Positions 53,955 to 64,000 of a DNA stretch of 64,000 bases are shown piece after piece (the stretch's first letter is position 1; every line of letters starts with the position of its first letter). The DNA comes from Eledone cirrhosa (Eukaryota): contig OZ024741.1 in NCBI GenBank assembly GCA_964016885.1, positions 111,352,001 through 111,416,000 of the forward strand, in the 5' to 3' direction. The notes under the pieces were generated by a model, which had not been told where the DNA came from, searched no databases, and saw nothing but the letters and a program-made list of their open reading frames with translations. The position numbers were made by a program, and so were the translations under genes.

Positions 53955-56560
53955 AGATAGCAGAAGCTACCAACCACTTCTATGGGTCCTTCTTGTGACT
54001 GGAATAGGTTTACATCACTGGCTCTCTTCCCCTCAGCAACCCCTGAGCATCTACATATAAAGTCTTCCCTTGCTCTTAGCCTACTTGTTATCCCACTACA
54101 TCTCTTGTGTACTCAAGATTTACATTGTGTACATCGTATGGAGTTTATGCTTACTCCATTTCTAGATATTGAGCAGGGTCACTTCCCTGAAGGAATCAAT
54201 TTTGGCTAAGTTTTTTCTCAGGTCTTTTGATTCTAAATTCTGTATCCATAGTCAAAATTTATTTTATAGATCTTTAATGTATTTGGCTATAAGGACCAGA
54301 TCATCTGCTTAGAGAAATTCCCATGGGGAACAGGTCGTAAACTCCTCTGTTATAGCCTGGTAAACTATAATGAATAGTAGTGGACTAAAAATCGATCTTC
54401 AATGAATTCCTAGTTGTACCTTGAATTTCTCACTAAACTCATTTCCTACTCTCACTTTGTTGACAGCTCTTCTGTACATGGCTTGCACTGCTCTCACCAA
54501 CCATTCTTCTATGCCTAATTTCCTTAACCCTTTAGCATTTAAAACGGCTGTATCTGGCCAGAATTCTCTTACCTCTTTCTGTTCAAACCAGCCATAACTG
54601 GCTGTTCATATTTATGTTAAGGTATTCTTCTCAACATAAATAACATCAAAATCTCAAAGATTCAATATTATGTGAAGTAAAGCCTTTACTGTGAAAATAC
54701 AATAGTATACATAGAGTAATGTAAATGCTAAATGGTTAAGGACCACCAGATAATGGATCGAAGTACTCTGTCAAACGCTTTTTGTAGATCAACAAAAGCT
54801 AAATATAGTGGGTTATTTTTGGCTAGGAACTTCTCTTGTAGTTGCCTCACTAAAAAGAGGACATCTGTAGTAGTTTTCCTGGGCATGAAACCAAACCGTA
54901 TCTCTTCTAATTAGTTGCACTATATCTCTTTCCATCACTTTCATAACTTGATCCATTAATTGTATTCCTCTATATTTGCTCCTTTCTAAGACATGACCTT
55001 TGCCCTTGTAGCAATTTACAATTGTACTACGAGACCAGTCATTGGGTATGGCACCGCCATGTATTACCGGGTTACTAGTTTGAGTCCTACTTCTCCTGAT
55101 GCTTTTAGTGTCTCATCAGCTATCTCTGCTTCTCATCAGCTATCTCGCTTTACCATTTTTCATCTCTTTGATTGCTTCTTTAAGCCTATAACTGTCAAAC
55201 CAACGGCTTAACTTTCTGTTGGGTGGGTTGGGGGTTGTTCTCTTCCTCCCATTTATTCCCTACAATTCATCAGTCTCTCATAGTAACATTTCCAGGCCTC
55301 TTTCTTTTGAGCATCAGTGGTGCTAAATACACCAATGTCATTTCTAACACTTTTCCTCAACATCATGATTCACGCTGACACTCTGCCTTGCAATGTGGAA
55401 CATTTGGTGTCTCTGATCCTCATGTCTCAGGACTTTAGCAAACTTTCTTTCTTCAGCCTATGTATACTTGTCGCCTAGCTTCTCGCTTAGCTACCTGAAA
55501 CTGGTCTCTACTACCCTCATTTTTCCAGTCTTTCGAAGCCTGTCTCTTGGCTTTGATGGCTCTATCCACTGAGTTATTCCACCACCAAGTCACCCTCTAT
55601 CTAGCTGGTGCTCTACTCAAGCCATTAGTCTCATCAGTAATTTGCAAAAGGTTGTCACGTAAGAATTTCCAGTTGTCCTCTACATCATAGGCATCTAGCC
55701 CATCCCTTCTTTCATCAAAGGACTCCTGTAGGGCCTTTCTAAAAATGATATTTAACTGAAAGGTACTTTAGCTTCCAGACCCTCTGTCTCCATATTTTCC
55801 TGCATATCTTGTTCTGCCTTGCGCTTATTTTGATTTTACTAGTAGCTAACTTGTGCTGAGCAGTGAATTCTTCCCCAGGGAATGCCTTAGTATTTACTAT
55901 AGTCCATTTGTCTTGTTGTCTAACAAGTAAATAATCAATTTGGCTTTTGTGTTCACCTGATTGATAAGAGATCGGGTGGCTGGCTGGTTTCTTGAAATTT
56001 GTGATGCAAATGGTTCATTAGCATCATAGAATTCCAGGTGTTTGTCTCAATCCATCTTCATTTCTTTAGCCATAACCATAGCCACTGTGACTCCACTAAA
56101 TCCATTCTGGTACTGCCCCACATGTCCATTGAAGTCGCCTGCCAAGATGATGAGGTCACTTTTATCAGTACCTGAAGTCATCTGTAAAAGTTCTTTCATA
56201 GAACCTGTCTTTTTGTTCTTTACTCAGTCTGGTCTGTGGGGCATAGGTAGATGTAATTGACACCATTCTATTTCCTACTGCTAATCTAAGCTTGATAATC
56301 CTGTCGCTTACTCTAACTACTTCTATTACTTTATCCATTTCTCAGCTAGTAAGATGCCTACACCTCCTACCCTATCATCATATCCTATCCAGTAAAGCTT
56401 GTGTCTATCTTGTTTGCCTGTCAGTAGTCATGATGAGGCACCCCTCCATCTTATCTCTTGTCCACAGTAAATGTCCACTTCTCTCCTCTCTAGCAGCTTC
56501 ACAATTTCACTTGATTTACCTTTCAGGGTGCCAACGTTGAGGGTGGCATTATTGAGTTTT
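53955..56560 (-). mobile_element. Old RTE LINE covering endonuclease through RT
   Basis: Minus-strand ILAGDFNGHVG, SQIDYLLVR, AFVDLQKAFDRV and PWEFL*ADDL fragments; homologous to 26709-28952. Confidence 0.8.
54528..54735. mobile_element. piggyBac-like MITE inserted in the RTE
   Basis: TTAA duplicated (54524-27, 54736-39); TIRs ccctttagcattta and taaatgctaaatgg; removing it restores ttccttaaggaccaccag, matching the related RTE at ~27910. Confidence 0.8.
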
Positions 56561-56846
56561 GTACCTTGCTAGTTGTTATTTACTTGGGTAGAAGTTTTAT
56601 GTATCTGAAAGGGAAAAATATATATATAAATATATTTTTTTTTCAATTAAAAAAATATTTATCGTTGTAAACAACTATACACTAGAAGGTAGAGCTCCAG
56701 AATGGCCACAGTACAATGGCTGAAACTGGTAAAAAACTATAAGGATGTCTCTTCTTGAGGATAGTGGCATGAACAAAAAGAAAGCATCACTATCAGAAAC
56801 TGAAATCTGAAGGTAATCTTTCTTTATTTAGAACTTACCTGTATCT

Positions 56847-57311
56847 TATTCCACTTACTATATATTTGCTTCAACTTTAATCTTTATTATCATATTCCAC
56901 TTGCTATATATTTGCTTCAACTTTAATCTTTATTATCATATTCCACTTGCTATATATTTGCTTCAACTTTAATCTTTATTATCATATTCCACTTGCTATA
57001 TATTTGCTTCAACTTTAATCTTTATTATCATATTCCACTTGCTATATATTTGCTTCAACTTTAATCTTTATTATCATATTCCACTTGCTATATATTTGCT
57101 TCAACTTTAATCTTTATTATCATATTCCACTTGCTATATATTTGCTTCAACTTTAATCTTTATTATCATATTCCACTTGTTATATATTTGCTTCAACTTT
57201 AATCTTTATTATCATATTACACTTGCTATATATTTGCTTCAACTTTAATCTTTATTATCATATTCCACTTGCTATATATTTGCTTCAACTTTAATCTTTA
57301 TTATCATATTA
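56847..57311. repeat. Minisatellite, 46 bp unit (atattccacttgctatatatttgcttcaactttaatctttattatc), about 10 copies
   Basis: Seen directly; copies are nearly identical. Confidence 0.95.
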
Positions 57312-57314
57312 CAA

Positions 57315-57550
57315 AGGATGATTGTGGATTAACAAAATTGTTAGAACGTTGTACAAAATGCTTTGTGGCATTTAGTTATGGCTCTTTACGTTCTGAGTTC
57401 AAACCCCACTGAGGTCAACTTTGCCTTTCATCTTTACAGGTTCGATAAAATAAAGTACCAATCAAGTACTGGGGTTGTTACAATCAACTTACCCATCTCT
57501 CCAAAGATTGCTGGCCTTGTGCCAAAATTAGAAATCATTATTATATTACA
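57315..57550 (+). mobile_element. tRNA-derived SINE family 1 (older copy)
   Basis: ctttacgttctgagttcaaacccc..ctttgcctttcatc..gataaaataaagtacca..ctggccttgtgccaaaattagaaa. Confidence 0.75.
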
Positions 57551-59429
57551 ATAGAAGATCAATATATTGGTAAACATTGTAGGATATTTTACTTAGTTAC
57601 ATTCTGAGTTCAAATTTTGCCAGGATCAACTTTCTATTCTATCTTTCCACCCAAGAACTGGAATCAATGAAGTTGAATATACCATCCCTGCCCAAATGAC
57701 CTGGTTCTTAGCTTAAAAATCATATCACAAAAGTTATATTTATTGATTAAATGATTCATGACACTTAGAGGGTTAATTTGCTTTCAACAACTTATTAAAG
57801 GAATAAATAAAATCAGTCAGGTGCATTTATAATTGAGTTGAAGGAATTAAAGGGAGAAATATGTAGAGTGTACTTTTCAGGTTACGTCTTTAATAACAAG
57901 GTTTTCTAATACAGACAGAATAATTTAAATATAAAGATCCATTTATAATACCACAATGACAAAATTAGAGAAAAAAAGGAAGCAAAAATGGGAAGGAATA
58001 AATGGGGAGGGGGAAAACCTATACCTTTGGTTGGAGGGTATATCTTATCTACACCTCATGGACAAAATGACAAAAGCATTGCTGCATAGAACGGAAAGTG
58101 ATACTCACTATATCAGCCATTCCAATTTTCAAAGTAATGATCACCTAAGGCATGTTGTCTTCCTTGTCTCAATGGTAATTTAATTCTGAATGAAGTTTTA
58201 TTCAGTATTTTTGCTAGTAGATTTGTTACATAAAACTCTTCCTCCTTCTCTCTCCTCCTCCTACTTACTCCTGACTGGGTCATTGGTTTTTTTTTTGAAG
58301 CAACTATCTCTAAATGATCTGGCTGGATCCTCAAGCAAGACCAACTGAGCTTATGCATGGGGGGAGGTGGAAATGATCAACAAGATCCTAGACTTCATTC
58401 GTTTACTGATTGGGGTGGAACTCATTAAATCGGACCAGGGAGACAATGTTTTCATTGGGGATACTATCTACTGGTTGCAATACCTGGCAGAAAGAGCAAC
58501 ATGAAATAAAGTGTTTTGCTCCAGAACATAACACATCGCCTTGTTCGTGAACTGATCTCAAATCCAATTCTCTAACCACTAAGCCAATTTAATAATAGAA
58601 TAATTAATAATTTTAGTAAATACCTCCAAATTCTTCAGCAATTCATTCAGATACAATGTATTTACTTTAAAAATATGGTATTAAAGGGTTAATCCTTTCT
58701 CTCTAGCTTTAACATTTTGATGTCAACATCAAAAACTATTTTATAATAGTGGTAGTATATCCCTATTCTTATATTAGCTGTTTATTTTCAAACGATCCTG
58801 TCACCAACTTTAACACCAACTTTGGAATATAATTCACATGCAAAAGACAATTATTTTAATGATAAGTCAAGTAAGTAGAGAAATCTATGTATTTACAGAT
58901 ACGGAACTCCTGGTGGAATTGCAGGGGCACTGTACTGACATACATTGGGCATTTTAAACCTGGCAAAGCCCATCTGATTTGTGGGACAATTTCTTCCAGA
59001 GAAGGAGAAAGAGGAAGCGCGACTAATATAAAAGAAGAATTGATCCCAGTATTGGAATAGTGTTTTATTTTATTGACCTGAAATTATGAAACGCAAAGCT
59101 GATCTCGGTGAGATTTGAACTCAGAAAGCAGAGAGCCAGAAAAAATAAAATTATCTTTTCCCATGTATAAAATTATACCCAATTATACTGGTTGTTTCGA
59201 TTTAGATATATAAAATTGCAGACAATAAAATGAAAGAGAATTAAAGTGAAAAGATCTTTCGGATTATTAAGTTATCCCTGGATCGTACTCCCTCTATAGG
59301 GAATTTTATTGTTATCAATTTGTTGTTAATTGTTACATGTTACCTTTTTTAACTATTTGTAAATTCTCACTGTCACTGATTTTTGTATTGCCCTCTATGA
59401 TTCGGCCCTAGTGGCAAATAAAGAAATAA

Positions 59430-59640
59430 TAATAATTGTTTTTACGTTTGGTACAAAGCCAGCAATTAAGGGAAGAGGAAACTCAATTAAATCGAACCCA
59501 GTCCATTACTGGTACTTTATTTTATCAACCCCATAAGGATGGAAGGTAAAGCTAACCTTGGCGGGATTTGAACTCAGAACGTAAAGGCGCGTAACTATTT
59601 GCATATTGTCCGGCTCTCTACAGATACTGCCAACCCTTTT
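59430..59640 (-). mobile_element. tRNA-derived SINE family 1
   Basis: Homologous to 419-604. Confidence 0.75.
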
Positions 59641-59707
59641 AAAGGAAAGGGAAAGTAGTAGTAGTAATAATAGTTTATGATTTAGGCACAAGGCCAGTAG
59701 TAGTAGT

Positions 59708-61085
59708 AATAATAATAATAATTCTTTCTCTATTGGCCACAAGGGCCTACATATAGGAGACAATGCAATAGACAGGGACAGTGAGGGGGTTTACAAAAAC
59801 ATCGGTAAAAAATATTAAAAAATCAATAACAATAAACAATAAAATTATAACAAAATGAATTCCCCAATAGTGGGGAGAACCACTCAGGTACCCCACCAAT
59901 CATGAACCACTCGACGCTTCACGAGTACCCGAGAAGGACATTCCTCTCCTCTTCAGATCAACCAGCCTACGAGCGCTTGCACAGAGTAGGCCCATTCACA
60001 CAGGCCCCATTTACCCGCCCTTTAGCAAATGCACTAGGGGGGGGGGGGGGGCACTTCCCTCATCTTCTTTTTCAAGTGAAACTTGAAAAATTTGAGGGAT
60101 TGGCCGAAGAGAAAAGTGTCTGTCTTCAGTCAGTCCTTTCAACCTTTTCCACCACACAACTTCTTTCGCTACGGCCACCAAACAGGAAAATTGTCTGCCT
60201 TTCCCTGCCAAAAGAAGGTGGCAGGGCGATCTTAAATATGGGCTCTGTCGATAGCCAGATCCGTCCCACACGCGATAACAGCTGTTCGACATAACTTCAC
60301 AAGTGAGTAATGCACGGACACTGGACGAGTGCATGCAGAACAGGTCCGTCTGACCGCACTTCTGTGCTTTTAGAGTTTATCTTGAATCCGCAGTGCCCCC
60401 CGGTAGTACTGCTATGCGAGGGATTTCTGGAAATTATTCATAGTCCTCCGAAACAGACTGGTCACTTCGATTTTTCGATTTCATCAACGCCTAGACCTTC
60501 TCCGAGTGTGTCTTCACACTTACCCATCATTAATCTGCTATAGAACTCAAGAGCGGAATTTCCACTGACCGCATTGCCCGCCTGGTGGAGAGCAATGAGC
60601 GCCTAACATTTCAGATGACAAGCGCCCAGTTTCGGTCTCTTCTTAACCCAAGATTGCAGCTCAGTCAAAGAGACAAGCTGTGGAAAAATATGTCTTACAA
60701 ACGGCGACCACACCTGTTCACCGTTTAAGAATATCTGAAGATATCCTAGCCTCAGCGTATGTTTGTGTATCATCAGCCACGGCAGCACTCAGCTTCGCCT
60801 GGAGAGTGTCGCAGGAGGCCGTCGAGGTAGGAACCGCCACCGTCACCGACCCCACCCTCCCCGAACAGTCGAGCAAAGTGCTGGTGAAAGGTCACATATT
60901 TGTGCCTGGAATAATTCAGCACGCGTTCGTCTCGGTCCGTTAAATACCGAATCGTGGTTTTGTTACTACGCTGCACCTCTCCCACATGGGCCCATCGAAC
61001 AGCTTTTGTTCCCTCATTTCTTAGAGCACGCGTCTTAGCTTTGACAATGCAAGCTTCTTGTTTCGCATTGAAGAAATTGTCTATA
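59708..61085 (-). mobile_element. Tx1-like LINE 3' part with the RT domain deleted; retains 3' UTR and (ATT)n tail
   Basis: FFNAKQEACIVKAKTRALRNEGTKAVRWA (cf. 17740-18264) is joined directly to LPWLMIHKHTLRL (cf. 19390-19440). Confidence 0.82.
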
Positions 61086-61710
61086 ATAATAATTGTTTCT
61101 ACTTTTGGCACAAGGCCAGCAATTACCCAGTGTATTACTGATACTTTATTTTATCGACCCCATAAGGATGAAAGGCGAAGTTAACCTCGGCGGGATTTGA
61201 ACTCAGAATGGCAAGGGCCGTAATTCTATGCGTCAAAGCGTGGCATCCGACCCTCTACCGATACAGCCAATCCACCGCCTTTGTCTATAATTGTTTCTAT
61301 TTTAGGCACAAGGCTAGTAATTACCCAGTACATTACTGGTACTTTATTTTATCGACCCCGTAAGGATGAAAGGCAAAGTTAACCACGGCCGGATTTGAAC
61401 TCAGACCGTAAAGGGATGTAACTATGCGATCTGAGTTCAAATCCGGCCGAGGTTAACTTTGCCTTTCATCTATAATAATGCCTTTGGCTATAATAATAAT
61501 TGTTTCTACTTTTGGCACAAGGCCACAATTACCCAGTACATTACTGGTACTTGTCTATAATAATAATGGTTTCTGATTTAGGCACAAGGCCAACAATTTC
61601 TGGGGCGGGTAAAGTCGATTAAATCGACCCCAGTGAATACCAGTAACTCACTAAGGTCGATTTAATCGTCATCCCCGGCATTGCTGGCCTTGTGCTTAAA
61701 TCAGAAATGA
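61086..61710. mobile_element. Cluster of SINE family 1 copies and fragments, including two fold-backs
   Basis: Repeated ..ttgtttctacttttggcacaaggcc starts; palindromes at 61365-61470 and 61570-61708. Confidence 0.8.
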
Positions 61711-62435
61711 ATAACAACAACAACAACAACAACAACAATAATAAAAAAATAAAATAATTTTCTAATTTGAAATAGTTTATAAACAAACATACAAAATCTA
61801 TTTAAGCGGTTTTGATGTTCAATCTAACATCAAAAGTGCAGTTTAAGTGGAATATAATTAATGGTAGCGAACAGAGTAAACATAGTCTGCGATGATTAGA
61901 TTTCGATTCACTTACTTTACGCTGTCCTTTGAAGCGGGGGCATGGATATCAACAGCATTTCCTGTTGATTCTCATAAAATTAAGAGCATTTATGTCTACC
62001 TCAAAATTCCTTGGAATAATAAATGAGGTCCAGCGGATGTCCTGTGATAGAGTGGTACTGTTTAGTACTTTTTTTTTTGGTCTGCAAGTGGTGCATGGTT
62101 CGCACTCTCACAAGGAGTCTGTCTCTAAAAAAAAACAAAAAATCGGTGGTATGGTAAGAACGGCAGATAATCAGATGAAATACGTTAGAATTTATTTTTA
62201 AGTTTTGTTACTGACAAACTATGTGTGACTGCGACATGGTTTTGATTTTCGACTGCAATTGACTGATTTCAGTTGTGTTGTTAAAGGTCTTGAGAAAATC
62301 ATGATGTCAAAACATTTAACTTATTCCGCTTGGAAATTTGAATTATTGAAAGACATCAATGTCATTCACAGACCTGCCAACCTCTAAAAACCTAGCCTCA
62401 AAACGGAAAGAAATGAGGCAAATTTCTTATATATA

Positions 62436-62482
<47 letters not shown>

Positions 62483-63659
62483 TATTATATTTATAGACTT
62501 CAAAAGGATGAAAATCAAAGTTGACTTCAGTGCAATTTGGATTCAGAGGACAGGGAGCCAAAACGAACCATGCAAAGAATTCTATCTAACGTTTTAACAA
62601 ATCTGTCAATTCGCTGCCTTATCAATATCATACAACCTCTAAAAACCCAAGCAAGGAGGACCATGAAAAAAAGTGCGCCAAAAGGGGGAGAAATGAGGCA
62701 AAATGGGGAGATTTTACATAATGAAAGCTATACCCATTTTCACAAGAGAAGACATCTCTCACCCACCCCAAAGTGAGTTAAAGATCTCCCCGTCGGACGG
62801 TGAGAGTTGACAGGTCGGTCATACGTTTAGGGCAATGCAGATGAAAAATACTATAGATCATCGGAATACATTATGTAATATTCCCCTCTCTACATTCTGA
62901 GTTCTTATACTCAGGAGGCCGATATTAACCATTCTTCAGTAAAAAAACATACTAGCAATACACTGGTACTAATTCAATCGGCTTTATTTCATCCCTATCA
63001 CCACAACAATTAGATTTGTACCACATATAGGAAATCAGTTCCTTGTTACTGCCGCATTCAGTGGGTTTATACAATTAGTTACGTATTTCTCTGTGGGTTG
63101 TGAGGGAGGTGCTCATCCTCTGAAGATAGTTCCAACTAGAACCAAAACTACAGCCATCGGAAAAAACACACACAAAAACAAAACAAAAACCCCCCCAAAA
63201 CAAACAAACAAAACAAAACAAAACTACATTCCACCGGTTATTCCAGTAGGAAGCATTACATTAAGATACCAAGTCTTCCTGAAACCGGAGACTTGGCCAA
63301 TATTCTTGCAACATAGTAAACTCTATTAAAGATGCACCAGGGCCATGTGGTGGTGTTGAACTAGGGGACAGATTACGTCTACCACCCAAGAACAGAAACG
63401 GTGCAACTGATAGACTTCCATGCAGTTTTTGTTTATCAAATTTCACTCACAAGGCTATGGTCAATCCGAGGTTATGCAGAAGACATTCTCCCAAATCAGA
63501 CCGTAGAATGATCCAACCTGGAGTTATGTGATTGCAACGCAAACTTCATTGTACTAGTTCACATATCGAAAAATATATAGCAGTCTCCATTTCATACTGC
63601 AAAAACTGGGACGGGCCTGATACCTGTCCTGAGAGGCGTGGGATGGACGCATAAAGATT

Positions 63660-64000
63660 GCGTATCCCGTGACCCCAAAGAGGGTCCGGAAGAAAGCAAA
63701 TCTTGACAGTTGGAACCTGGAACATCACAACCCTTACAGGTAAGGAGCAGGAACTAGCGAAGGAGGCTAGATGCTACAGGATGGATATAGTCGGGATTTC
63801 CTCAACAAAATTCCGTGGTTCTGATATTGTAGATTTGTATGAAGGATGGAAACTCCACTAGTTAGATGGCGCCAGAAATGACTGCACATGTGGGAGTGGG
63901 GATACGCACAAGCCTCTGGCTGTCAGAATGTGTTATGGACTGGATCACATTAGGAGGGAGGATTTGCCTCTAGAAGCTTAGGCTGAAAGATAGGTCTCAG
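63660..64000 (+). mobile_element. 5' end of an RTE-clade ORF (APE endonuclease), decayed, running out of the window
   Basis: ILTVGTWNITTLTGKEQELAKEARCYRMDIVGISSTK..GWKLH* followed by a GVGI motif. Confidence 0.75.

Noticed and set aside
56847-57311. 46 bp repeat array as CRISPR
   Set aside because: Pure tandem repeat without spacers

Overview
Repeat-dense eukaryotic genomic DNA. The SINE and LINE repertoire and the very long (TA)n arrays resemble octopod cephalopod genomes (inference). Two host genes can be supported, and they face each other convergently. The first is a + strand multi-exon gene, of which 10 phase-compatible GT-AG exons (30798-46920, about 416 aa) encode the C-terminal part of a patatin-like phospholipase with an EF-hand-like insert; its N-terminal exons are not in the window, so the first ~30.8 kb is probably one TE-filled intron. 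The second is an intronless ANKMY2-like gene (ankyrin repeats plus MYND finger, 50457-51686, - strand). The rest is mostly decayed mobile DNA: RTE, CR1/L2-group and L1/Tx1 LINEs, two tRNA-derived SINE families, Helitron-like, Tigger/pogo-like and piggyBac-like non-autonomous elements, micro- and minisatellites, and a ~4.3 kb near-identical tandem duplication. The most notable hidden signal is a type I minimal hammerhead-ribozyme fold with a compensatory U3-A8 core at 14612-14667. The long IYIY/IHIY ORFs in the ORF track are microsatellite artefacts.
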